Shown piece after piece: positions 47,140-61,513 of a stretch of DNA of 64,000 nt. This stretch comes from Eledone cirrhosa (taxonomy: Eukaryota), in NCBI GenBank assembly GCA_964016885.1, contig OZ024751.1:4154001-4218000 (forward strand), given 5' to 3'. How positions within the stretch are numbered: the first letter of the stretch is position 1; each line of letters begins with the position of its first letter. The notes below the pieces were generated by a model, which made no database searches, was not told where the DNA came from, and was given only the letters and a program-made list of their open reading frames with translations. The translations under genes and the position numbers were made by a program.

Positions 47140-47585
47140 GGCGCATGGCTTAGTGGTTTGCGCATTGGGCTTGCTATCGAAAGATCGTGAGTTCAATTCT
47201 CAGACCGGGTGATGTGTTATTTCCTTGAGCAAGACACTTTATTTCACATTGCTCCAGTTTACTCAGCTGTAGAAATGAGATAATAGGACTGGGGTCCCTA
47301 TCATTCGACTGCAAAGTTGTCGTGGAGGTGCCACGGGAAAAAAGCACCCAGCCCACACTGTAAAGTGGACGTGTAGGCGCCACGGAAAAAAAGCACTCAG
47401 CACTCACTGTAAATGAGGTTGGTGTTAGGAAGGGCATCCAGCTGTAGAAAGCAAGCCAGAATCAGTTCCTGTATGAGCAAGACAAGGTCAGCCGACCGGA
47501 CACTGCCCGCAACAGGACAACCCGTCTAACCCATGCTAGCGTGGAAGAACGGACGTAAAACGGTGATGATGATGATGATGATGAT
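47140..47585 (+). mobile_element. CORE-type SINE carrying the RTE family A 3' UTR and (GAT)n tail
   Basis: Head as at 42090. From ~47310 it matches 13135-13401. Confidence 0.9.
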
Positions 47586-47786
47586 GTATATATATGTATG
47601 TATATATATATATATTGTATATATGTATATATATGTATATATATATATGTATGTATATATATATATATATTGTATATATGTATATATATGTATGTATATA
47701 TGTATATATATGTATGTATATATATATGTATGTCTATATATATATATGTATGTCTATATGTATGTATATATACATACATATATATA

Positions 47787-47964
47787 CATGGTACCATGGG
47801 CCCAGCACTATCTGTCAATAATTGTCACAAGTGTAGCGTTTGTACCAGAGTTTTCAAGTCGCTGTCTGGACTAAAAAGTCAAACTCGTTCAGCACATCAG
47901 TAGGGGTTCTCCTACATGGATATAAAGTGGTGGCCGTACTCGAAAACGAGTTGGCAACCACCAT
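47787..47964 (+). mobile_element. 3' fragment of the element at 42610-43055
   Basis: catggtaccatgggcccagcac...gagttggcaaccaccat. Confidence 0.8.
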
Positions 47965-47983
47965 ATATAAATATATATATGTA

Positions 47984-48014
<31 letters not shown>

Positions 48015-48279
48015 GTGTGTATATATATATGTATATATGTGTATATATATAAACATATATATCATCATCATCATCTATGTATATATATGTATATATGTAT
48101 ATATGTCATCATCATTTCATATTACGTCTGCTTTTTCCGTAAAATGAAATGATGATGATGATAACATATATACATATATGTATATATATATACATATATA
48201 TATAGTAATAATAATAAATTTGAAGACTAAAATCCAATATTTTAATAAATGTATATATATATATATATATATATATGTA

Positions 48280-51200
48280 TCATCATCATCATCATCACCG
48301 TTTTACGTCCGTTCTTCCACGCTAGCATGGGTTAGACGGGTTGTCCTGTTGTGGGTAGTGTCTGGTCGGCTGACCATGCCTTGCTCATACAGGAACTGAT
48401 TTGGCTTGATTTCTACAGCTGGATGCCCTTCCTAACACCAACCTCATTTACAGTGAGTGGTGGGTGCTTTTTCGTGGCGCCTACACGTCCACTTTACAGT
48501 GTGGGCTGGGTGCTTTTTTGCCGTGGCACCTCCACGACCACCTTGCGGTGGGGGATGTGGGGGCATATTGTCTATATGCTTCAGCTTGTACCCATGGGAG
48601 GTCGGGTACTCTGTATTACTGCGTGACGCCAGAAGTCACGGTCGTGTGTCATTGTCTTTGAGAGGTGTAATTGGGTAAGGTCGGCTTTTCTCACCTCATC
48701 CCAGGTCATCTTGGGTCTCCCCACTCCACGGTTTCCATCAACTTCTAGTGCTCTGCACCTTTTTATGCAGCTGTCATCCTTCATACGCATCACATGTCCA
48801 TACCAGCGCAACTGCCTCTCCTGCACACAGCACTTGATTCCTCTTATGCTCAGTCTCTCTCTCAATTCATTTATGCTTTGTCGTTCACGTATATTACTGT
48901 TACACATCCATCGGAGCATGCAGGCTTCGTTTCTCTCTAATCTCCGTAAGTCTTCCACCTTCAGCGCCCAGGTCTCACTACCATGCAACATCGCTGTTCG
49001 GATACACGCATCATACAGTCTGCCTTTCATTCTGAGGGAGAAGCCTTTTGTAGCTAGCAGTGGTAGTAGTTCCCTAAACTTCTTCCATCCCGTTCTTACC
49101 CTAGTTATTGTACTTTCTGAATACCCACCTCCGCTGCTAATTTGGTCACCTAGGTAGCAGAAGCTGTCTACTGGTTCTACAGGGCCCTCCCAGAGATTGG
49201 TGGTACTTGTTTCCTGTGGCTGTTGCTGCTTGCTGTCTCAGCACAGCTGCTGCATGTGAATCCTACATTCTTAATTAAGCTTCCTGAGATCCCGCTACAT
49301 CTCTTGTGTACCCATTGTTTGCATTTGGGGCAGAGAATGGAGTTCCCACCTACACCTTTCCTACATACTGAGCAAGGCCATTTCCCTGAGGGGATCTGGG
49401 TTCTGTTTTCTCGTCTACTTACAAGGACCTTAGTCTTTGTCATGTTGACTTTGAGACCCTTTCTTTCTAGTCCCTGCTTCCAAGTTTGGAATTTATTCTC
49501 TAGTTCTACCATAGATTCAGCTATGAGTGCGAGGTCATCAGCATACAGGAGTTCCCATGGGCATCCGGTCTTAAACTCCTCCGTTATTGCCTGCAGGACT
49601 ATGATGAACAGGAGAGGGCTAAGAACAGAGCCCTGGTGGACCTCAACCTGTACGCTAAATTCCTCGCTATACTCATTGCTAATCCTAACTTTGCTGACTG
49701 CTCCCCTATACATGGCTTGTACCGCTTTCACAAGCCATTCATCTACTCCTAGTTTTCTAAGAGCTCACCAGATTACAGCACGTGGAACTCTGTCAAAGGC
49801 TTTCTCAAGGTCGACAAATGCCAAGTAGAGTGGCTTACTTTTAGCTAGGTACTTTTCCTGTAATTGCCTCACAAGGAAGAGGGCACCAGTGGTGCCTCTT
49901 CCTGGTACAAACCCAAATTGCATCTCGTCTATTTTCACCCGGTCCCTAATCAGCTGTGCTATAACTCTTTCTGTTACTTTCATGACCTGGTCCATCAACT
50001 TTATACCTCTATAGTTTCCTCTATCTAGTGCATCACCTTTACCCTTGTAGCAGTTGACAATGATGCTACTGCACCAATCTTTTGGTATGGCACCTTCTAG
50101 TATTACCTGGTTAACGATACGTGTGGTTATAGTGTGACCTACAGACCCAGATGCCTTCAGCATCTCGGCAGCTATACCCGATGGACCGGTTGCCTTCCCC
50201 ATCTTCATATCTTTGATTGCCTTACTTACTACGCTGCTGCTGACTTGTACTGCTGGTCCCTCTATAGGGTCTCTTCTTCCCATGCATTCTCCTCATTTAG
50301 TAATCTATCATAATGACTCTTCCATGCATCTTTCTTCTCAGCACTTGTGAGGGCAAGCTCACCTTTATCATTCCGGATACACTTCTCTCCAATGACATCA
50401 CAACTATCTCTGACACACTGCCTAGCAATCTTGAATACCTCCTGTTTCTGGTCCTCACGTTGCAAAACATGCTTGAATTTTCTATCCTCTGCTTCCCTCC
50501 TAGCTAAGTATACTTGTCGCCTAGCTTCCCTCTTGGTCTCTATGTAATGTACCCTGCTCGCCCCGTTCTTCCATTCTTTCCATGCCTGTCTCTTGGCCTT
50601 AACTGCTTCATCTACCTTATTGTTCCACCACCAAGTCACTTTCCTCCTGCTTGAGGTCTTACTCCAGCCACAGACCTCATCCGTCGCCTCTAGTAAATTA
50701 TTTTTTAGGAACTCTCAGTTCTCTTCTACATTAAATGTCTCTATCTGTTCTTCTTTACTGTCGTAGGCATTGAGTAAAATATCTTTAAATCTGTTACTGG
50801 TTGAGGGGACTTTCAGCTTCCAGATCTGTCTTCTCCAGGTTGGCCTCTGTTTCTGGGTTCGTCTAGTTCTGACCGTGAGGTCGCTGACAACTAAGCTATG
50901 TTGGGATATACATTCCTCACTAGGGAAGGCTTTTGTGTTTACGACCGTCCATCTGTCACGTCCTCTGATGAGGATAAAATCTAACTGACTAGAGTGCTCC
51001 CCTGATCTATAGCTGATCAGGTGGTTGTCGGGTTTTTTAAAGTTTGTGTTACATATCAACATGTCATTGGTGTCGCAGAATTCTAGAAGTCTGAATCCTT
51101 CCTCATTCCTTGTGCCAACCCCATGGCCTCCATGTACTCTATTGAAGCCGTCGCAGTGTTTACCTACGTGTCCGTTAAAATCTCCTGCGATGATTAGGAA

Positions 51201-52140
51201 GTCATTGTCGTCTGTTAGAGCAGTAGTGTGCATTAGGGACTCGTAAAACCTATCCTTAAGTTCGTCTGACAGCCCCGATTGGGGTGCGTAAGCTGATATT
51301 ATTGTGGTAATTGTTTTATTCAGGACTAGTCTGAGTTTAATGATTCTTGCATTTACCCTGTACACTGAGATTACTTTATCTACCCACTTGTCAGCTAGTA
51401 GTATACCTACACCACCCATCCCGTCGTCATTTCCCACCCAGAAAAATTTGTAGCACCGACTTTTTCCTACGAGGACTCTGGCAGACTCTCCTCTCCATCT
51501 AGTCTCTTGCACACAGCATACATCAATTTCCTTTCGCTCTAACATTTCTACGATTTCTCCTGCTCTTCCTTTCATTGAGCCTACATTGATGGTACCAACG
51601 CGGAGTTTTGAGCATTTGTCGACACTCGTAGGGAAGGGTCTCTGCGTTGGCGCTTCACGTGGGTGCTTGGTAGCACGCAGATTCATATTTTATCTATTGA
51701 TTCAGAGTTGCTCAAATTTATTCTCAGCTCATCCATCCATAACGGTGGGAAAAATGAGGGCTAGAAGAACAGTGGTGGTAGGATAATGGCAGGGTGTGTT
51801 GGGCTGCGACAGGGGAGGAGAGAGTTAGTTAGGTAGTAGTAGTAGTAGTAGTAGCAGCAGCAGCCGTAGGAATGGCATGGTGGGGTTTGATTGGCCGAAT
51901 AGGCTATGGCGGTGTGAAGGGGTGGGAGGGAGGGAAATTGTGAGGTAGGCACTGAGGGTCGCCTTCAAGACCGCATGGTAAATCCAAAATAATATGACAG
52001 AAAAACGGTAAATCCGAAATAATACACAGCAGAAAACAGCAGTAATATTAATAATAAAAACGTCATAAGAGCTAAGATACCTTCGTAAATTTGTATGGAT
52101 GGCTGGCTGGAACGAAACCGAATCAACTCTAGTGACACAT
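48280..52140 (-). mobile_element. Near full-length RTE LINE family A (5' UTR, APE + RT ORF ~51690-48620 with a few stops and frameshifts, 3' UTR, (GAT)n tail)
   Basis: APE motifs GTINVGSM, CVQETRW, SAYAPQ, GDFNGH and SQH. RT motifs [31 protein letters not shown] and LLYADDL. The 5' boundary is approximate. Confidence 0.96.
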
Positions 52141-52174
52141 TTTAGCAGATAAGAAGAAAGTGTCTATATGTATA

Positions 52175-52225
<51 letters not shown>

Positions 52226-52352
52226 GTATATATATATGTATATATATATATGTATATATATGTATATATATGTATATATATATATATGTATATATATATG
52301 TATATATATATATGTATATATATGTATATATATATATATATGTATATATATG

Positions 52353-52403
<51 letters not shown>

Positions 52404-52586
52404 GTGTATATATATATATGTATATATATATGTATATATATATGTATATATATATATATATGTATATGTATATATATATGTATATATATATGTATGTATA
52501 TATATATGTATATATATATGTATATATATATGTATATATATATGTATATATATATATATATATAGAAATGTATATATATATATATA

Positions 52587-54392
52587 TCATCATCATCATC
52601 ATTTTACGTCCGCTTTTCCCTGCTTGCAAGGGTGGGACGGGTCTTATTCAGCACAGCATCTCTCTACTCGTCACGGTCCCTCGTCATCTCCACCGTGAGC
52701 TTCAATGATCTGAGGTCTGTTCTCACCACCTCCGCCCATGTTTTTCGTGGTCTACCTCTACCACGTCTTCCTTCAACTGGCATTTCCTGGCACGTCTTCA
52801 CCCATCGGTCATCCTCCATGCGCATCACATGTCCATACCACCTCAGTCTCCTCTACATTCTATCCCTCTCAGACACAGTTTCTCTCTCAACACATTTATG
52901 CTGGGTCGTTCACGCACATTTACACTGCACATCCAACGGAGCATGCTTGCCTCATTTCTCTCCAGCCGTCGCATATCCTCTGCGGTTGCTGCCCATGTCT
53001 CACTACCATGCAGCATCACGCTCCTCACACAGGCATCATACAACCGGCCTTTCGTACGCAGGGAGAAACCCTTCTTCGTCAACAGAGGAAGCAGCTCCCT
53101 AAACTTCTTCCAACCCGTCCTTATTCTAGATACTATGGCCTCGGAACACCCTCCTCCCATGCTAATCTGATCTCCTAGGTACCGGAAGCTATCCACCACT
53201 TCTATAGCGCCCTCTCGCATTTGAAAAATGTGTCTATCAGTGTGACTTCTACTGTCTAATTTCCCTGTACATCTACTGCATACATATTTCTCCCTACCTG
53301 TTAGTTTGCCTGCTATCCCGCTACATCTCTTGTGTACCCAGGACCTGCATTGTGTGCATTTTATAGAATTTATGCTAGTTCCTTTTCTGCATATCGAACA
53401 TGGCCATTTCCCTGACGGAATCAGGGTTTTGTCCTCTTTTCTACTCATCAACACTTTTGTCTTAGCTAGATTTACTCTCAGTCCTCTTGCTTCCAACTGC
53501 TGTTTCCATAGCTGGAATTTATTCTCTAGCTCCTCTACTGATTCTGCCATAAGAGCCAGATCGTCAGCATAGAGAAGTTCCCATGGACAGCCAGTCTTAA
53601 ACTCCTCTGTTATGGCTTGGAGGACTATAATGAACAAGAGCGGGCTGAGGACCGAACCCTGATGTACTCCTACTTGTATCTGGAATTCCTCACTAAACTC
53701 CATTCCTACCCTGACTTTACTGAGAGTACCTCTGTACAAAGTTTGCACTGTCCTCACAAGCCATTCCTCAACACCCAGCTTCCTTAGGGACCACCAGATG
53801 ACAGATCGGGGTACCCTATCAAAGGCCTTCTCTAGGTCAACAAAGGCTAAGTATAGTGGCTTATTCTTCTCTAAGAACCTCTCTTGCATTTGTCTCACCA
53901 AGAAGAGGGCATCTGTTGTACTCTTCCCAGGCACAAAACCAAACTGCATCTCATCTAGTTTGACCCTTTCTCTAATTAGTTGTGCTAAAATCCTTTCTGC
54001 CACTTTCATAACCTGATCTATCAGTTTTATACCCCTATAATTGCTCTTCTCCAAAGCATCCCCTTTACCTTTGTAGCAATTTATGAGAATACTGCTGCAC
54101 CAGTCTTTGGGTATGACACCACCATATATAGCCTGATTGATGATGCGTGCAACCAGTTTAGTGCCTACGTCCCCTGATGCCTTCAGCATCTCAGCAACTA
54201 TTCCCGATGGTCCGGCCGCCTTACCATTTTTCATTTCCCTAAACGCCTCTTGGACCCTATATTCGTCAATCTCAATAGCTGGTCCCTCTGTCGGATCTAC
54301 CAAGGGTAATTTCTCTCTCTCCCATTCGTTCTCCACATTCATCAGTCTCTCATAATGACATTTCCAGGCCTCCTTTTTCTGGTCATTCGTGA
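52587..54392 (-). mobile_element. RTE LINE family B, 5'-truncated, RT largely open (499-aa ORF 52843-54342)
   Basis: Complete RT motifs including YADD. Very short 3' UTR ending cccttgcaagcagggaaaagcggacgtaaaatgatgat. Confidence 0.96.
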
Positions 54393-54393
54393 C

Positions 54394-54429
<36 letters not shown>

Positions 54430-54484
54430 GTATATATATGTATATATTATATATATATGTATATATATGTATATATATATGTAT

Positions 54485-54518
<34 letters not shown>

Positions 54519-54523
54519 GTATA

Positions 54524-54635
<112 letters not shown>

Positions 54636-54659
54636 TGTATTATAATATATATATATAGT

Positions 54660-54692
<33 letters not shown>

Positions 54693-54739
54693 GTATATAT
54701 ATATGTATATATATATGTATATATATATGTATATATATG

Positions 54740-54770
<31 letters not shown>

Positions 54771-54877
54771 GTGTATATATATATGTATATATGATATGTA
54801 ATATATATATGTATATATATATATGTATATATAAATATATATGTGTATATATATGTATATATATATATGTATATATA

Positions 54878-54930
<53 letters not shown>

Positions 54931-54943
54931 GTATATATATATG

Positions 54944-55018
<75 letters not shown>

Positions 55019-55052
55019 GTATATATATATATGTATGTATAATAGTCTGTAG

Positions 55053-55087
<35 letters not shown>

Positions 55088-55173
55088 GTATATATATATA
55101 TGTATATATATATATGTATATATATATGTATATATATATGTATATATATATATATGTATATATATATGTATAT

Positions 55174-55230
<57 letters not shown>

Positions 55231-55249
55231 GTATATATATATGTATATA

Positions 55250-55294
<45 letters not shown>

Positions 55295-55309
55295 GTATAT
55301 ATATATATG

Positions 55310-55342
<33 letters not shown>

Positions 55343-55512
55343 AATATATATTAATATATATATATATAAATATATATGTATATATATATGTATATATATA
55401 TATGTATATATATATATATGTATATATATATGTATATATATATATGTATATATATATATATGTATATTATATATATATGTATAATATATGTATATGTATA
55501 TATATGTATATG

Positions 55513-55543
<31 letters not shown>

Positions 55544-55567
55544 GTATGTTATATATATGTATATATG

Positions 55568-55598
<31 letters not shown>

Positions 55599-55639
55599 GT
55601 ATATATATATGTATATATATATATATGTATATATATATG

Positions 55640-55696
<57 letters not shown>

Positions 55697-55709
55697 GTAT
55701 ATATATATG

Positions 55710-55768
<59 letters not shown>

Positions 55769-55929
55769 GTATATATATATGTATATATATATATATATGT
55801 ATATGTATATATGTATATATATATATGTATATATATATATGTATATATATATGTATATTATATGTATATATATATATATATATGTATAATATATATGTAT
55901 ATATATATATATGTATGTATATATATATG

Positions 55930-55978
<49 letters not shown>

Positions 55979-55986
55979 GTATATAT

Positions 55987-56120
<134 letters not shown>

Positions 56121-56127
56121 TATATTG

Positions 56128-56160
<33 letters not shown>

Positions 56161-56409
56161 TATATGTATATATATATATATATATATTAATGTATATATT
56201 ATATATATGTATATATATATATATATGTATATGTATAATATATATATATGTATATGTATATATATATATATGTATATGTATATATATATATATGTATATA
56301 TATATATGTATATGTATATTTATATATATGTATATATATATATATATGTATATATGTATATATGTATATGTATATATATATATATGATAATATGTATATA
56401 TGTATATAT

Positions 56410-56780
56410 GGGGGACAAAATACACCCCGTCCCACCACCCACCACACCCCCACCCCATCCACCCCACCCCGTCCTATGTAAAGTTATGTTGGTGCCGCGC
56501 CATCCGGGCCGAAACAAATGAGATCGTGTAGGTGTCACGACAAAAAAAACACACAGTCCCACGCTGTAATGTGGCCGTGTAGGCAACACGGTAAAAACCT
56601 CCCAGACCCACACTGTAAATGTGGTTGGTGTTAGGAAGGGCATCCAACTGTAGAAAACCTGCCAGACAGTCCTATGCGAGCAAGACAATCACTCTTGCCT
56701 CAAGTGGGACTACCCCCGTCCAAACCCATGCAAGCGTGGAACACGGACGTTAAACGTTGATGATGATGATGATGATGATG
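56410..56780 (+). mobile_element. RTE family C-like 3' UTR fragment
   Basis: Matches the reverse complement of 16050-16430; (GAT)n tail. Confidence 0.9.
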
Positions 56781-56797
56781 TATATATATATATATTG

Positions 56798-56846
<49 letters not shown>

Positions 56847-56858
56847 GTATATGTATAT

Positions 56859-56904
<46 letters not shown>

Positions 56905-57012
56905 CGTATATATATATATATATATGTATATGTATATATATATGTATATATATATATATATATATATGTATATGTATATATATATATATGTATATATATG
57001 TATATATATATG

Positions 57013-57043
<31 letters not shown>

Positions 57044-57073
57044 GTATATATATGTATATATATATATATATGT

Positions 57074-57141
<68 letters not shown>

Positions 57142-57212
57142 TATATATAATATATGTATATAATATATATGTATATATATATATATGTATATGATATAAT
57201 ATATATATATTG

Positions 57213-57259
<47 letters not shown>

Positions 57260-57316
57260 GTATATGTATATATATATATGTATATGTATATATATATATG
57301 TATATGTATATATATG

Positions 57317-57901
<585 letters not shown>

Positions 57902-57956
57902 GTATATATATATGTATATATATATGTATATATGTATATATATATATGTACATATA

Positions 57957-58180
57957 TCGACAGTCGATCGACTTTCGTCAAATCGGACCGAGGAAACAAT
58001 GTTTCCGCATAGTCTTTCCAATTGCTAATACTATCTATCGGTCGCAACTCCAGGTAGAAGGAGCAACGTGAAATGACGTGTCTTGCTCAAGGACATAACG
58101 CATCGCCTGGTCCGTGAATCGAACTCACAACCTCACAATTGCGAATCCAATTCTCTAACCACTCAGCCACACGCCTTCAC
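57957..58180 (-). mobile_element. tRNA-derived SINE, same subfamily as 15218-15412
   Basis: Shares tcgatcgactttcgtcaaatcg...tactatctatcggtcgcaactccaggtagaaggagcaa. Confidence 0.85.
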
Positions 58181-58235
58181 AAGTACATATATATATACAT
58201 ATATATACACATATATATATATATATATGTATATA

Positions 58236-58275
<40 letters not shown>

Positions 58276-58353
58276 GATATATATGTATATATATATGTAT
58301 ATATATATGTATATATATATGTATATATATATATGTATATATATATGTATATT

Positions 58354-58412
<59 letters not shown>

Positions 58413-58423
58413 ATATATATGTT

Positions 58424-58462
<39 letters not shown>

Positions 58463-58520
58463 ATATATCTTTATATGTATATATGTATATATATATATAT
58501 GTTTATATGTATATGTTTAT

Positions 58521-58897
58521 ATGAGATCGTATAGGTGTCACTACAAAAAAACACACAGTCCACGCTGTAAATGTGGCCGTGTAGGCAACACGGTAAAAAC
58601 CTCCCAGCCCCACACTGTAAATATGGTTGGTGTTAGGAAGGGCATCCAGCTGTAGAAAACCCGCCAGACAATCCACGCTGTAATGTGGCCGTGTAGGCAA
58701 CACGGCAAAAACCTCCCAGCCCCACACTGTAAATGTGGTTGGTGTTAGGAAGGGCATCCAACTGTAGAAAACCCGCCAGACAGTCCTATGCGAGCAAGAC
58801 AACCACTCTTGCCTCAAGTGGGAAAACCCCCGTCCAAACCCGTGCAAGCGTGGAACACGGACGCTAAACCTGATGATGATGATGATGATGATGATGA
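58521..58897 (+). mobile_element. RTE family C-like 3' UTR fragment with an internal ~113-bp tandem duplication
   Basis: ccacgctgtaa...gtagaaaacccgccagaca occurs twice. Confidence 0.9.
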
Positions 58898-59562
58898 TAT
58901 ATATATATGTTTATATGTATATATGTATATATATATATGTTTATATGTATATGTTTATATGTATATGTTTATATGTATATATGTATATATATATATGTTT
59001 ATATATATATATGTAAATATATATATGTTTATATGTATATGTTTATATGTATATGTTTATATGTATATATGTATATATATATATGTTTATATATATATAT
59101 GTATATATATATATGTTTATATGTATATATGTATATATATATATGTTTATATGTATATATGTATATATATATATGTTTATATGTATATATGTATATATAT
59201 ATATGTTTATATGTATATATATGTATATATGTGTGTGTTTATATGTATATATTTATATATGTTTATATATATATGTGTATGTTTATATGTATATACATAT
59301 GTATATATATATATGTGTATAAATATATATATTTTTATATGTATATGTGTATATATATATGTGTATGTATGTTTATATGTATATGTATATATATACATAT
59401 ATGTATGTTTATATGTATATACATATGTATATATATACATATATGTATGTTTATATGTATATACATATGTATATATATATGTATACATGTATATATATAT
59501 GTATACATGTATATATATATGTATACATGTATATATATATGTATACATGTATATATATATAT

Positions 59563-59611
<49 letters not shown>

Positions 59612-59654
59612 CATATATATATACATATATATATATATACATATATATATATAC

Positions 59655-59787
<133 letters not shown>

Positions 59788-59847
59788 TACATACATATAT
59801 ATATACATATGTATATATATATGTATGTATATATGTATATATATATG

Positions 59848-59882
<35 letters not shown>

Positions 59883-60428
59883 TAAAATAACAGATTAAAG
59901 TTTAAGCAAAGAATCACTTCACCCTTAATGGGATCTTCTGAAACTAAAAAAAATCCATCTGTGAACGCAGAATTATATATTTGGAGAAACGTTGTAACTA
60001 GGAAAACAGGAAGACGATACTTTGGTTCGTAAAGACGTTCCCTGGCAATAGACGGAAAAAAGCGAAGATAGTACATACTTATGTGGAGCGATGAGAACAA
60101 TTACACGCAAAGACAAAACCCCGTTTGTGGTATAAATGGAGTCATTCTCAGTTTTGGAATTATGAATAATGTAAATAAATTAGTTGAACGAAAGTGACAG
60201 CCGTTATTAAAATCATAAAAGTAATGATAGTTAAATATCTATGTACTTACATACATGTGCATACGCAAAAACACTCGCCATGCATGCATATACATGCACG
60301 TACACATAAACATGTGCACACGTACGTAAAACAGTACGACACATATACCCACACACATACGAACGAATACACCAAATACACGTGTGTGTGTGTGTGTACA
60401 TATAATTATATATACATATATAAATATA

Positions 60429-60462
<34 letters not shown>

Positions 60463-61069
60463 ATTATATATACATATATATACATGCATAAATGCGTATG
60501 TAACGAACACACACATATACCTACAGGTAAACATATACACGCCATACATACATGCAAACACACATACCCGACGATAATCCATATATATATAAATATACAT
60601 ATATATATATACACATACATATACACACATATACATATATACAAATACACATATACATACATTTGTACACACATACATACATCTACATAAACACCCACAT
60701 ATATATAAATATCAATATAAATCCACACACGCAAAACAAATATAACACACGTACGAACACATACACGCATACCCATACATCCACACACACACATATGTAT
60801 ATATATATACACACATATATACATATATATATATACTATATATACAATATACACATAAATATACACAAATGCATGCATACAAATATACACGCACAAACCT
60901 GAAATACACATATACATATAACCATATACACATACCAGTATATATAATATACCTATAACATATACAAGCATATATACATACGAGGAAGTATACGTACCTC
61001 CACAAACATATTTACTGTAGGGTTCTTATATATTTGATATATATTTATATATATCAAATATATTATATT

Positions 61070-61370
61070 ATAGTGGTTAGAGCATTGGCCTTGCAATCAA
61101 AAGGTTGTGAGTTCAATTCTCAGACCGGGTGATGTGTTGTTTCCTTGAGCAAGACACTTTATTTCACATTGCTCCAGTTTACTCAGCTGTAGAAATGAGA
61201 TGATAGGGACTGGGGTCCCTATCATTCCATTGCAAAGTGGTCGTCGAGGTGCCACGGCAAAAAAGCACCCAGCACTCACTGAAGGGCATCCAGCTGTAGA
61301 AATCAAGCCAGAATCAGTTCCCGTCCCACCCTTGCAAGCAGGGAAAAGCAGACGTAAAATGAAATAATGA
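61070..61370 (+). mobile_element. Chimeric CORE-type SINE with RTE-B tail
   Basis: Head + CORE + RTE-A module, then gaatcagttcccgtcccacccttgcaagcagggaaaagcagacgtaaaatg. Confidence 0.88.
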
Positions 61371-61469
61371 TTATATATACTGGTATGTCCATATCAAGCG
61401 CGCTTTGGATTTTAGTCTTCACATTTATTATTATTACAATACATACATACATACATATATATATATGTA

Positions 61470-61510
<41 letters not shown>

Positions 61511-61513
61511 TAT

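Noticed and set aside
48711-49828. Antisense ORFs over RTE elements (also 16752-17604, 52632-54355 and 62242-63921)
   Set aside because: They are shadow frames opposite LINE coding sequence, with no independent evidence.
51960-52140. Possible HDV-like ribozyme at the 5' end of the full-length RTE
   Set aside because: I could not assemble the P1-P4 nested double pseudoknot by eye; a descriptor search would be needed.
54379-54392. 14-bp identity (tggtcattcgtgac) between the RTE-B truncation point and the SINE tail at ~42388
   Set aside because: On the minus strand it reads in frame as [15 protein letters not shown], normal RTE coding sequence, so the match is probably coincidental.
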